DNA of 63,975 nt, filler included, from Octopus bimaculoides (GCF_001194135.2; 7 parts of 7 records of this genome joined end to end with filler, not necessarily neighbours in it); one strand, 5' to 3'; shown: positions 37,578 to 51,529, counted from the first letter of the whole stretch. Made by a program: numbers and translations. Notes: a model not told the origin generated them from the letters alone.

Positions 37578-38408
37578 NNNNNNNNNNNNNNNNNNNNNNN
37601 NNNNNNNNNNNNNNNNNNNNNNNNNNNNNNNNNNNNNNNNNNNNNNNNNNNNNNNNNNNNNNNNNNNNNNNNNNNNNNNNNNNNNNNNNNNNNNNNNNNN
37701 NNNNNNNNNNNNNNNNNNNNNNNNNNNNNNNNNNNNNNNNNNNNNNNNNNNNNNNNNNNNNNNNNNNNNNNNNNNNNNNNNNNNNNNNNNNNNNNNNNNN
37801 NNNNNNNNNNNNNNNNNNNNNNNNNNNNNNNNNNNNNNNNNNNNNNNNNNNNNNNNNNNNNNNNNNNNNNNNNNNNNNNNNNNNNNNNNNNNNNNNNNNN
37901 NNNNNNNNNNNNNNNNNNNNNNNNNNNNNNNNNNNNNNNNNNNNNNNNNNNNNNNNNNNNNNNNNNNNNNNNNNNNNNNNNNNNNNNNNNNNNNNNNNNN
38001 NNNNNNNNNNNNNNNNNNNNNNNNNNNNNNNNNNNNNNNNNNNNNNNNNNNNNNNNNNNNNNNNNNNNNNNNNNNNNNNNNNNNNNNNNNNNNNNNNNNN
38101 NNNNNNNNNNNNNNNNNNNNNNNNNNNNNNNNNNNNNNNNNNNNNNNNNNNNNNNNNNNNNNNNNNNNNNNNNNNNNNNNNNNNNNNNNNNNNNNNNNNN
38201 NNNNNNNNNNNNNNNNNNNNNNNNNNNNNNNNNNNNNNNNNNNNNNNNNNNNNNNNNNNNNNNNNNNNNNNNNNNNNNNNNNNNNNNNNNNNATATATAT
38301 GTATATATATATATATACTTTCAAGGTGGAGCCCCAGCATAGCTTCAGTCTAATGACTGAACCAAGTAAAAAAAAGATATATATATATATATATATTTGT
38401 ATAGATAG

Positions 38409-38495
<87 letters not shown>

Positions 38496-38602
38496 TAAAG
38501 AGAAAGACAGATAGACAGACAGACAGAAAGACAAGCAGAAAGACAAACAGAACGACTGACGGACAGACGGACAAATAATAAATAGATAAATAGATTGATT
38601 GT

Positions 38603-38658
<56 letters not shown>

Positions 38659-39751
38659 AAGATAGAGAGGGTGAGAGAGAGAATGAGAATGGGAGAGGAA
38701 GATATATATATATAGAGAAATTGGGATAAACAGCTGAAGAATGGAATGAAGAATTGTAATGACGAATGAAATGAATTTTGAGCGAAAGAATTATTGAGGA
38801 AATAGAGGAAAAGTATACAAATGAAAACCAATACGAAAACAGTAAAAAAAAAATACAAACAAACAAATAAACACTAAAGTAAATAAATAAATAAATAATA
38901 AAATTAAATATTAAAAATATACAATGAGACAAATCTGAAAGTAATGGAAAAATAAACAAGGAAAATATAAAACAACAACAATAAAGAATACAACAAAGAA
39001 TGTTGATTGGTCGCCATGTTTGTTTAATTATTAAATTCAGGTGGTTTAGTTTAGATTAATTATATTCCTATTGATGTTGTAAAGCAGGAAAGAACTGGAA
39101 GTTACTAGTAGGGGCGGTGTGTGTGTGTGTGTGTGTGTGTGGACAGTTATATGAAGAAGTGGAAGTGAGTTGGATGGTTGTTATTTGCTAGCTTGGTGAC
39201 TGTGTGGAGGTTTGGGTAAAAACTGGAGCATAGAGCATAGCTATTGTGTAAAGGTTTAGTCATGGAAGGCTCTCGTAGTATATTAATTGGGGTTTCTATA
39301 AAAACAAGATCATAGGGCATAGCTGGTGTGTGAAAGTTTACTCATGGATATAAGGTGAATCCCTCTTCTCATGTTTTTTGTTTGGGTGTTTGGGTTAAAA
39401 CTAGAGCATAAAGAAAAGATGTCGTGTGAAGATTTAGGGATGCATGTAGGGTCAAAAGCTATCGTAGCTATTGTGTGATACTATAGGTCGAGATGTGGAA
39501 TAAGCACGAGGTGCCACATGAAAACTGCGGCCCGGGAGACATTCTGAATGGTAAACTTAACAGGAAATTTCTTTGATGGTTTTTGTAGGTTTTGGCAAGG
39601 ATGTAGGGTCAATATTAACCAGCCATTTTGTCTGGCTAATAATTGTGATATACTTTACTTTGATATGCCTCGAAACTTTATGAATCTCCTTTAATTAAAT
39701 CTATATATGCACGCACGTACATATGCATCTATGTATGTTTGTATGTATGTC

Positions 39752-40140
39752 ATTATTCAGTTTATTTCAAGATTTCTTGCCAATAGAGAAAGAAGAGGTT
39801 TCTAACCTAGATCCAAGGATCCTCCATTGGAATTTCAACATCAACAGGGTATTTTTGTATGTATGTATGTATGTATGTATGAATGAATGAATGTATGTAT
39901 GGGTTTTTTTGTATGTATTCTCATGCATATTGTTGCATATCTAGCCATGCTCATATATATTTAAATGATAAACCTCTGGAAAGTTTTACAGATGTTTTCA
40001 GTTCCAATGATGGGTTGGATCTATAGTCTTCGAATTAGCTTTCAACTTTCTGGTTTTGAGAAGCCTAATTTCTCAAGATTGGTATTTAGGCAGTATGTTA
40101 CATATCCCAGTATGTTACATATCTAATGCGAGTCTATAGC
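39752..40140 (-). mobile_element. 3' end of an RLE-type non-LTR retrotransposon (clade uncertain)
   Basis: Minus strand LGYVTYCLNTNLEKLGFSKPE...IQPIIGTENICKTFQRFII-stop, then a UTR ending AAATAAAACTGAATAAT. Confidence 0.45.
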
Positions 40141-40531
40141 ATTAGAAAAATATTTTTCTGTACATCATAGATATCAGAATTTTTAATAAACATAAGCAAC
40201 ACATAACGTAAAAATAATATCGAAATTTCAAAAAAGCTATACTAATCCGAGTAGCATATATAGTGTATATGTGTATATATATATAAGTGTGTGAGTGTGT
40301 GTGTGTGTGTGTGTGCGTATGCATACACATGCATATGTGATGGCTTGGGCTGTCATAAATTCACATGTTCAGAAATAAACATTCTTGTGTACATGTCAAA
40401 GAACGTACATGCCTGCATTTCTACCATTCGTTGTGTGGTAATGTATGTATGAAGTGACTATGCCAATGTGAATGCGTGTGCTTGTGTTTGCGCGCGTGAG
40501 CATGCACAAGTGGGTGCGTGTGTCTGGGTGT

Positions 40532-40565
<34 letters not shown>

Positions 40566-40803
40566 CTGGATGTGTGTGTGTGTCTGGGTGTGCGTGTGTG
40601 TGTCTGGGTGTGTGTGTGTGCGTCTAGGCGTGTGTGTGTGTGTCTGGGTGTGTGTGGGGGGGGATAGGTAAGCATGTGTCCGCGCGCGCGCGTAAGNNNN
40701 NNNNNNAAAGAGACGAAGGGAATATTATATTGTCCGCTAAGTAATGGAGAGAGAGAGGTGGAGGGGAAAAAGGTGGAAAGAGAAGGAAAGAGGAAAAAAA
40801 AGT

Positions 40804-40843
<40 letters not shown>

Positions 40844-41017
40844 GAGATAAAGAGAGTGAGAAATAGGGAAGGGAGGAATAAAGGTGAAGAAGAGTTACAT
40901 TAATACAGGGAAAGTGCGAAATGGAGAGAAAAGAAAAGAGAAAGAAAGAGAGGAGACAGAGTGTGAGCAAGTGTGAGAGAGCGAATGAGGTGAGAGCGAG
41001 AGAGAGAAAAAGAGAGA

Positions 41018-41048
<31 letters not shown>

Positions 41049-41180
41049 AGATACACGACCCATGTTAAATTCCCCATTCATGTTGCAACCACATCTGGGG
41101 CAAAATTAGTCAGTATACAGCACTTACTCGGTACTACCTGTAACATTCGGGTCTGGTTGACTCTATTACCCACCATAACC

Positions 41181-41280
41181 NNNNNNNNNNNNNNNNNNNN
41201 NNNNNNNNNNNNNNNNNNNNNNNNTTAATTAATTAANNNNNNNNNNNNNNNNNNNNNNNNNNNNNNNNNNNNNNNNNNNN
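41181..41280. other. Artificial scaffold spacer N44-TTAATTAATTAA-N44
   Basis: Same 100-bp structure. Confidence 0.95.
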
Positions 41281-41311
<31 letters not shown>

Positions 41312-41314
41312 GCG

Positions 41315-41520
41315 TGTGTGTGTCTGTGTTTGTCCTCCCACCGTCACCGATGTTGGTGTGTTTACGTCGCCATAACTCAGCGGTTCGTCAAAAGGGACCG
41401 ATACAATAAGTACTAGGCTTACAAAGAATAAGTCCTGGGGTCGATTTGTACGACTAATGACGGTGCTCCAGCATGGCCGCAGTCAAATGACTGAAACAAA
41501 TAAAAGAATAAAAGAATAAA
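41315..41520 (+). mobile_element. Family-B SINE 3' half with (AAAAGAAT)n tail
   Basis: GGTGCTCCAGCATGGCCGCAGTCAAATGACTGAAACAAATAAAAGAATAAAAGAAT. Confidence 0.85.
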
Positions 41521-41627
41521 CTATGTTAAATTGGGTTGTCTCCCTTTCGGTGACTTACAAATTCTTAGCGTTTCCTTCTATTTCAGTTATTTTATTCCGT
41601 TTGACATTATTATTCTGAACATATATA

Positions 41628-42030
41628 AGCGCAGGCGTGACCATGTGGGAAGAAGCTTGACCCCCAACCGCATAGTTCCGGGTTGAGTTCCACAGCGTGG
41701 CATCTTAGGCAAGTGACTTCTGCTATATCTCCGGGCCGACCAAAATCTTGTGAATGATTTGGTGGACGGAAACTGAAAGAAACGCGTCGTATATATAAAT
41801 ATTTATGTGTATGTGTCTCTGAGACTGTGTCTATCTTCCACCACCTCTTGACAACCGGTGTTGGTGTGTTTATGTCTTTGTAACTTACCGATACGACAAA
41901 ACATTTCGATAGAATAAGTACCAGCCTTTAAAAAGTACTGGGGTCGATTTATCCGACTAAAAAGCCTTCAAGACAGTGCTCCAGCTTGGTCGCAGTCTAA
42001 TACTGATACAAATAAAGATAAAAGACAAAG
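41628..42030 (+). mobile_element. Family-B SINE, full length
   Basis: tRNA-like head GGCGTGACCATGTGG...GGGTTGAGTTCC, GCATCTTAGGCAAGTGAC, body, and AAAGAT tail. Confidence 0.85.
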
Positions 42031-43183
42031 ATTTTCATGTGAAAATGTATTTTGTATCAAGAGCTTCCACGATATCGACCTTATGCTAACAACAATTTAT
42101 TTCTAATTTTGGCCGAATGTGTTTTTCAGCCAATGAAAGAGGAGTAGCTTGTCAGCTAATTTTATATAATTTTATTCATTTATTTCTTTATTCAATTTGG
42201 AAACTGTGGCATTATACACAGCCATGCTTTATAGTTGTCACGTGTGTAACTTTAACCGGTTAGAAAGAAACTTGCAGACTATGAGCCAAGTTTTAGCTAT
42301 TTAAGAGAGGACATGACTTTATCATTCTCGCTTAGCTGTCAACGACAGCCACAGCTAACCTGCTTCCTTTCAGTTAGTCTCCCTCTATCGTTATTTCTTT
42401 TCTTTCTTAATCAGTTAGTGTTAGCTTTTTGTATTTGCCTCCACAGAAATATTTCTACTAATATAAAAACACGTGCGTTATCAATTTCTTCTCTTTACGA
42501 CTAGCCATTTTCTGAGAGCGCACAGTTGACTTTACAACACAAATTGTTCTATCGACACGAACAGTTTATGTACACATTACTCGACTGATGTTTGTAACAC
42601 ACGGAAAAATGCATTTTTCGTAGCAGTTTCTTAACAACGCATATAATTTACTAACCTATGTACATTCTAAAAAAAAACATTTATAAAAACTTTATCGTGA
42701 TTAATGTTGTAAATTAAGATCTGCTACATTCAGTTTGAATTCTATTGTATTGACAGACTGCGTGCTGTGTAAGATTTATTGCATTATGCTATCAACGAAA
42801 TCCCAAAGGAACTATCTTCTATTGGTCCGTAGGAAATTAAAAGGGTAAAATAAATGTAACCCATTATTGGTGTCATATATACGAAAGCTCTGTTCATTTC
42901 CTACTTACTGTTTCACACTCGTATGTTGGCTGTACGTGTCATAGATTTCATTTGTTTCATAATATATATACACACGCACACATACACACACATATGTATA
43001 CATACATATATACATACATACACACACACACATATGTATATATATATGTAATGTGTGTGTATGTGTGTGCGTACATAACATTTAGACGTTCGCACTACAT
43101 CCGTTTCGACCTTGCTAGATGTCATTACGCTTGACAAATCCTTCAAATGAAATGCTTGTTTTGTAATCGGTTGAATAAATAAG

Positions 43184-43223
<40 letters not shown>

Positions 43224-45154
43224 CTATATTTACTTTATGAACTTCTCATTGAGTAGAGCCTTGGGTGATATAGCACTCATACAGACGCACAAGCACAAAC
43301 ATATATATGATATCTGTGCGTACGCGCGCACGTGTGTGCTATCAATAAATGGTTTTCTGTAAAGAGAGAAATGGAAAATAAAGCATGTGTTTGTTATACA
43401 AGCAGAGGTCACTCTGTCGAGGCTAAGACGTGGAGATAACCACAATGCGCAGGAGACACAGAAAGAAAGAAAAAAAGAAAGAGTAACTGAAAGGCCACAA
43501 TTAGCTATGGTAGACGTTGGCTCACACACGCACACATTTGTACATACACGCACACACATGCATACATGCACACGTATGCATACATTTCTGTGCTTGTTTA
43601 TATATAGGCATGTATACTTATTTTTGAAAGGCTGTAGAAGTATCCAAATGTATTTATCAATTTTATGTATTTCAGTCTGGTTTATGACAATGTTGTTGTA
43701 CAAAGTATCGTGTTACTGCATTTTGAACAGATAAGAACGGTATTTGGCATGGAGTGATAGTCGTAAACAAGAATTACATATAGAACCAAGAATCTACTAA
43801 AATCACACTCGCACACGCAATAAAATCTACAAATATATACGCTTACGCACACACGCTCACATTCAGTAAGCACACGCTTATGCATACATACAAACATACA
43901 TATACACACACACGCACACACACACATATATATGCTTTAATGTAAGCAGGCATATTTCACTGTCATAAACTGTACGTTTATCTGTTTGCATGTGTATATT
44001 ATCCAAAATGCATGCATGTTTGTGATAGTATATACGTATTGGACGGATTGTGAGGATATATATACTGTAGATATTTTTTTTATTTATGAAGTTGTGTTTT
44101 ATGTCTCTTTAAACTGTTGGACTCTAACTTTTTTTATACATTGTTCTGATACATAAATATATTCTTGGAATTAGCTAAAAAAAAATCTTTAAAAATTCGT
44201 TTTATTGCTTCTAGATCTCGTCCTTGGTCAAATCACATAGCAACAGATCATGTATATTTGTGCGTGTGTATGTGTGTGTATATATATATATATATATANN
44301 NNNNNNNNNNNNNNNNNNNNNNNNNNNNNNNNNNNNNNNNNNNNNNNNNNNNNNNNNNNNNNNNNNNNNNNNNNNNNNNNNNNNNNNNNNNNNNNNNNNN
44401 NNNNNNNNNNNNNNNNNNNNNNNNNNNNNNNNNNNNNNNNNNNNNNNNNNNNNNNNNNNNNNNNNNNNNNNNNNNNNNNNNNNNNNNNNNNNNNNNNNNN
44501 NNNNNNNNNNNNNNNNNNNNNNNNNNNNNNNNNNNNNNNNNNNNNNNNNNNNNNNNNNNNNNNNNNNNNNNNNNNNNNNNNNNNNNNNNNNNNNNNNNNN
44601 NNNNNNNNNNNNNNNNNNNNNNNNNNNNNNNNNNNNNNNNNNNNNNNNNNNNNNNNNNNNNNNNNNNNNNNNNNNNNNNNNNNNNNNNNNNNNNNNNNNN
44701 NNNNNNNNNNNNNNNNNNNNNNNNNNNNNNNNNNNNNNNNNNNNNNNNNNNNNNNNNNNNNNNNNNNNNNNNNNNNNNNNNNNNNNNNNNNNNNNNNNNN
44801 NNNNNNNNNNNNNNNNNNNNNNNNNNNNNNNNNNNNNNNNNNNNNNNNNNNNNNNNNNNNNNNNNNNNNNNNNNNNNNNNNNNNNNNNNNNNNNNNNNNN
44901 NNNNNNNNNNNNNNNNNNNNNNNNNNNNNNNNNNNNNNNNNNNNNNNNNNNNNNNNNNNNNNNNNNNNNNNNNNNNNNNNNNNNNNNNNNNNNNNNNNCC
45001 TAACTCTAGAATCCGAACTCTAAAATTGTTACACACATAGATACGCACAACGTAATTTATTATATAAACAATATATGCGTATAAATTACGATTAAACCGG
45101 ATGAAATATGTCACAGGGAATAACATTTTTATGACCGCCCAGCAGTAACTATTC

Positions 45155-45348
45155 AGCTGAATAGACGTCAGTGATTGGTTGAAATTACAGAAATACGACA
45201 ACTTTAACATGAAATAACTTGCGATGTACGTTTTTTTGTTAAGAAGACTAAGAGAAAAAGATGTTTTATATGACACATTCTACCAGTGTCCCAAGTTTCA
45301 AAGTGTTTCGTTAAGAAAATACTGGTGCCCCCGTTTTGAACAAGATCC
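45155..45348. mobile_element. Right arm of a relative of the 8620-9211 foldback MITE
   Basis: GACGTCAGTGATTGGTTGAAATTACAGAAATACGACAAC...CCCCGTTTTGAACAAGATCC matches about 9020-9211 and ends at the same GATCC. Confidence 0.88.
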
Positions 45349-45619
45349 AAAATATATTCTGCATATTTTTATAGTGAAAAATATGCTAGCAGGGAAGCAG
45401 TAAATCAATTATTGATTCATTCTGGTTTTGTTTTGAGTGAAATAAACACTTCATAGAATATTAATTAATACATATTCTGTCTGATTATATTCATGAGTAG
45501 TATCTTTGCTATTGTTTATTCCGAGGTCATCATTTAAAAAAGCAGACCTAACCAAAGAACTCCAGCTATGCCCTTCTTTACTTTTGGCATGCATTTGTGG
45601 GTGCCGTACTCAAAACGCT

Positions 45620-46003
45620 GTGGAGGCGCAATAGCCCAGTAGTTAGGGCAGCGGACTCGCGGTCATAGGATCGCGGTTTCGATTCCCAGACCGGGCGTTG
45701 TGAGTGTTTATTGAGCGAAAACATCTAAAAGTTCCACGAGGCTCCGGCAGGGGATGGTGGCGAACCCTGCTGTACTCTTCCACCACAACTTTCTCTCACT
45801 CTTTACTTCCTGTTTCTGTTGTACCTGTAATTCAAAGGGTCAGCCTTGTTATACTGTGTCACGCTGAATATCCCTGAGAACTACGTTAAGGGTACACGTG
45901 TCTGTGGAGTGCTCAGCCACTTGCACGTTAATTTCACGAGCAGGCTGCTCCGTTGATCGGATCAACTGGAACCCTCGACGTCGTAAGCCACGGAGTGCCA
46001 ACA
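45620..46003 (+). mobile_element. Family-C SINE, full length
   Basis: Closely similar to 13433-13814; TSD ACTCAA(A/T)ACGCT at 45608-45619 and 46004-46015. Confidence 0.92.
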
Positions 46004-46338
46004 ACTCAATACGCTATCTAATGTTTCATCGGATATTGTAAGATGGTAAGCTTTAATTTGTGAAATTGCATTTGGTTACTGTTTTTAGAATGTCGACCGA
46101 CCATGTAGAGACATATATGTGTAGACAACGATTCTTTGTCTCCAACAGCGCCACATGCAGCTCAGTCGAGATGCTATGGACTGGATCTAAAGAAGTTAAG
46201 TTATTTATTTACTTACACATATAACGCAGGGTTATATACTATTGGTATGATGACTTTGGTATCTACAACATTTGTTGCTGTTTCAGAAGTTGAGAGTAGA
46301 GGTGTTCGTGTCCAATTGTCAACAATAATAAGCATATT

Positions 46339-46552
46339 AAGGCGGCGAACTGGCAGAAACGTTAGCACGCCGGGCGAAATGCTTAGCGGTATTTCGTCTA
46401 CCGTTATGTCCTGAGTTCAAATTCCGCCGAGGTCGACTTTGACTTTCATCCTTTCGGGGTCGATAAAATTAAGTACCAGTAATCGACTTAATCCCTTTGT
46501 CTGTCTTTGTTTGTCTCTATGTTTAACCCTTTGTGGGCAGTAAAGAAATAAG
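46339..46552 (+). mobile_element. Family-A SINE, full length, alternative 3' tail
   Basis: A box CTGGCAGAAACGTTAG, B box GAGTTCAAATTCC, core, tail GTGGGCAGTAAAGAAATAAG. Confidence 0.9.
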
Positions 46553-46569
46553 TAATATGCATATTATTA

Positions 46570-46781
46570 ATTTCAAATTTTGACGAAAAGCCAGCGGTTG
46601 CAGGAGAGATTTTGGCACAAGGCCAGCAATTTTGGGATGGAGTTAAGTCGATTACATCAACCCCAAAAGGATGAAAGGTAAAGTCGACCTGAGCAGAATT
46701 TGAACACAGAACGTAAAGACGGACAAAATGCATTAAGCATTTCATCCGGCATGCTGACGATTCTTCCAGTTCGGCGTCTTT
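46570..46781 (-). mobile_element. Family-A SINE, tail-to-tail with the previous copy
   Basis: GATGAAAGGTAAAGTCGACCTGAGCAGAATTTGAACACAGAACGTAAAG. Confidence 0.88.
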
Positions 46782-47682
46782 GTAATATGCATAATATCAG
46801 AAATTGATTGAAGTATTGCTCGATCCGAGTCGACTTGAAGCGAAACAACTGCAGCTCATGGCACATAAAGTGAACTTCTATTTGGTCAAATGACATTTGT
46901 AGAGATAGCAGCCAAGTCTCTCCCAAATTCGCATTCTACTATTTTAGAGAAATAGTAGGCTCACCGAATTTTGTAGACTTACCCGGAAAAAGAAATGGCA
47001 AGATTGTTGCGGTGATAAGGCTTTCGGTTAGATACCTTCTTGATTCAAGCTGACATGAAGATAAAGAAATCAACATGCCATTAATACTATGATGAAGGGA
47101 GGGAGTTTATTTAGAGAGCTTTGCGTGGATGCTTTTATAATTACTGTAATGATCCTCAAAGTTATAATGATTTATCATTACACTCAATATGAGGAGGTAA
47201 AGCTCAATAGGTAAATGATTGATATTGTTGAAGCGTGACAACTTCGAATTTTGAACAAAATAGAATTAATTAAAAGCAGAGAATGAGTTGTTATGTGGAA
47301 GTGAGTTTGATCTTTTTGGCAAGTGCGGTGACAACTCCAGATATATTTCTACATTAAAAGACGTCATCGGCGAAGCATTGATTTGCTAGAATTTAGTCGA
47401 ACATTTCAAATCACTAATTTCCTTGACGAAACCTAGTAAGATCAAAACATATCAAAAGGTGTCACAATAGTTACCATAGTTACCAAAGGTCAGATTCACT
47501 TCCCCTTCTATCTATCATATTCGACATTTCATTAACATTCATAAATTTAAAAGTTACATTTATCTCCCTTGCTTTTCTTGACCAGAAATAGTCACACAGT
47601 CAGTTGGGAGATTCTGTGCAAGTGCAAGCCTATCCGTGTGTTTGTATATATATACACACATATGTATATATATATAAATATT

Positions 47683-47741
<59 letters not shown>

Positions 47742-48446
47742 NNNNNNNNNNNNNNNNNNNNNNNNNNNNNNNNNNNNNNNNNNNNNNNNNNNNNNNNNNN
47801 NNNNNNNNNNNNNNNNNNNNNNNNNNNNNNNNNNNNNNNNNNNNNNNNNNNNNNNNNNNNNNNNNNNNNNNNNNNNNNNNNNNNNNNNNNNNNNNNNNNN
47901 NNNNNNNNNNNNNNNNNNNNNNNNNNNNNNNNNNNNNNNNNNNNNNNNNNNNNNNNNNNNNNNNNNNNNNNNNNNNNNNNNNNNNNNNNNNNNNNNNNNN
48001 NNNNNNNNNNNNNNNNNNNNNNNNNNNNNNNNNNNNNNNNNNNNNNNNNNNNNNNNNNNNNNNNNNNNNNNNNNNNNNNNNNNNNNNNNNNNNNNNNNNN
48101 NNNNNNNNNNNNNNNNNNNNNNNNNNNNNNNNNNNNNNNNNNNNNNNNNNNNNNNNNNNNNNNNNNNNNNNNNNNNNNNNNNNNNNNNNNNNNNNNNNNN
48201 NNNNNNNNNNNNNNNNNNNNNNNNNNNNNNNNNNNNNNNNNNNNNNNNNNNNNNNNNNNNNNNNNNNNNNNNNNNNNNNNNNNNNNNNNNNNNNNNNNNN
48301 NNNNNNNNNNNNNNNNNNNNNNNNNNNNNNNNNNNNNNNNNNNNNNNNNNNNNNNNNNNNNNNNNNNNNNNNNNNNNNNNNNNNNNNNNNNNNNNNNNNN
48401 NNNNNNNNNNNNNNNNNNNNNNNNNNNNNNNNNNNNNNNNNNNNNN

Positions 48447-48481
<35 letters not shown>

Positions 48482-48640
48482 TTCTGTTTCTTTCTCTTTC
48501 TCTCATTCACTCACTCACTCACTCACTCACTCTATATTTTTCTCTCTGTTTGTATGTGTGTGCGTGTGCATGCGTGTGGTTCTGTGTGTGGGTGTGGTAA
48601 GATTTGTTTTGTAGCAAAAGAAGAACAACAACAATAACAT

Positions 48641-48691
<51 letters not shown>

Positions 48692-49015
48692 GAGACACGT
48701 ACGCAAGTACATACACGATTACACACAAAAATATATAAATATATACGTATACATACATATATATATTTATATACACACACATATAATATATATATGCATA
48801 TACACACACACTTACACACACGCATATACATATATATCATTAGAGATTAAAATAATGTCATGCATATTATGTAAGGTATATTAATATATAATATCTTGCC
48901 CATATTTTATATTGAATACGAACAAGAAACGTAACGTGTGTGATTAGACATACATACATACATACATACATATATGTATGTATGTACATACATATATATG
49001 TATATATATAAGTGC

Positions 49016-49060
<45 letters not shown>

Positions 49061-50793
49061 CATACATACATACATACATACATACATACGTATATATGCG
49101 TAGATACACTCTAACACACAAACTCACAGATGTAGTAATGCAATAAGCATAAGGTCACTGACGGGGGTACGGCTGCACTCATACACATACGGACACGTAC
49201 AGAATTGCTAACGCTCGCATATATATATATATATATATATANNNNNNNNNNNNNNNNNNNNNNNNNNNNNNNNNNNNNNNNNNNNNNNNNNNNNNNNNNN
49301 NNNNNNNNNNNNNNNNNNNNNNNNNNNNNNNNNNNNNNNNNNNNNNNNNNNNNNNNNNNNNNNNNNNNNNNNNNNNNNNNNNNNNNNNNNNNNNNNNNNN
49401 NNNNNNNNNNNNNNNNNNNNNNNNNNNNNNNNNNNNNNNNNNNNNNNNNNNNNNNNNNNNNNNNNNNNNNNNNNNNNNNNNNNNNNNNNNNNNNNNNNNN
49501 NNNNNNNNNNNNNNNNNNNNNNNNNNNNNNNNNNNNNNNNNNNNNNNNNNNNNNNNNNNNNNNNNNNNNNNNNNNNNNNNNNNNNNNNNNNNNNNNNNNN
49601 NNNNNNNNNNNNNNNNNNNNNNNNNNNNNNNNNNNNNNNNNNNNNNNNNNNNNNNNNNNNNNNNNNNNNNNNNNNNNNNNNNNNNNNNNNNNNNNNNNNN
49701 NNNNNNNNNNNNNNNNNNNNNNNNNNNNNNNNNNNNNNNNNNNNNNNNNNNNNNNNNNNNNNNNNNNNNNNNNNNNNNNNNNNNNNNNNNNNNNNNNNNN
49801 NNNNNNNNNNNNNNNNNNNNNNNNNNNNNNNNNNNNNNNNNNNNNNNNNNNNNNNNNNNNNNNNNNNNNNNNNNNNNNNNNNNNNNNNNNNNNNNNNNNN
49901 NNNNNNNNNNNNNNNNNNNNNNNNNNNNNNNNNNNNNNNNNNNNNNNNNNNNNNNNNNNNNNNNNNGGTAGGGTGGGGTATGTAGGTAGGGGTGGGTGGT
50001 GGGTGTAAGGAATTGGATGGGGTGGAGTGGGAAGGTAGAGTAGGAGTGTGTTGGGGTGTGGTGGGATGAGCTTATGAGGGGGTGTTGACGAGGAGGGAGA
50101 AGGGGAAGGTGGATGTAAGAGAGATATATATGTATATATATGATATATGATATATATATATATATGTATATGAGATATATATATATATATATATATGCAT
50201 ATGAGATTTATATATAGTATATATATATATATATATATATATGAGATATATATATACGTGTGTGTATATACATACGCATACTCATGCATTCATTCATATA
50301 TACATACATGCTTATCTTAAATAAACATAATGTATCTACGTATCTGTTTTAAAACAACCCATTAGAGTCACAGCAAAACACTATATTGACATAAAACAAA
50401 CAGCCAAATCCTTCAGAAAACTAAACTCCTTCTTTTCCCACTTTCCTTCTGGGGGAGAACGAGAGAGAAAGAGGTAGAGACAGAGAGAGAGGGTGGAGAG
50501 GAGGAGGTTTATATCTCCTATATTCTCCCTTGTTGTTGCTTTTGTTTTTATCTCTTCCTCAGCCCGCCCCACCGTTCCACCGTCCCATCCTTTACCATTT
50601 TGTAATCCTTTAATGACTGGGGAATTATTTAAGGCCGAAGAGAACGTATCACAGCTGATCTCTTTTGCTGCAGTGAAGGGAATAATCTACAAGAATATGA
50701 ATCTGTGTACACAGTCGCATGCGCATGCATAAACACGCACACGCAACCACGCCCCGCACATATACACGTATTTGCGTTTGTGCGTGCGTGTGT

Positions 50794-50850
<57 letters not shown>

Positions 50851-51122
50851 TATGAACATATAGATAAATACATATGTACAATCGTATTTGTGTGTGTGTG
50901 TATATATATATATATATGTTTGTATGTATACATATGTATATGTATATGACTATATAGATATATATACATGTATATGAATATATTGATAAATATTTATATG
51001 TATATACGCATATATACGTATGTGTTCATGCATGCCTTCTCATAAAGATCGCTAGATAAATTCGCTTATGTAACTATAGCTAATATTTTTATTCGTCTAT
51101 ACACATAAGCCATCACCCGCAG

Positions 51123-51199
<77 letters not shown>

Positions 51200-51383
51200 T
51201 GCCTTGGTATTAAGATTGTGAGATATCTGTGCCTTCCATGTAACTGGATAAACCTTATATACAAACACACTTTCACACATGTATACATAAATACATACAT
51301 GCGTGCACACATAGACATATAAACATTATGGATGTATATACTTACTTGCATACGTGCGTAGATATATACATATAGACCATGCA

Positions 51384-51459
<76 letters not shown>

Positions 51460-51477
51460 TGTATGTATATATATGTA

Positions 51478-51529
<52 letters not shown>

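Noticed and set aside
43090-43150. Hammerhead-like GAAAC-GGAU-GUA on the minus strand; similar partial motifs at 61685-61735 (-) and 19240-19290 (-)
   Set aside because: The CUGANGA box is broken; at most very old relics, not supportable as features
45620-45700. tRNA-Arg gene (and other tRNA-like heads at 9290-9345, 13740-13814, 41628-41700, 46339-46430, 60633-60705)
   Set aside because: A and B boxes run straight into SINE bodies, some flanked by TSDs, with no proper acceptor stem or terminator
49968-50115. G-rich tract with G-quadruplex potential
   Set aside because: Low-complexity sequence at a gap edge; nothing indicates function
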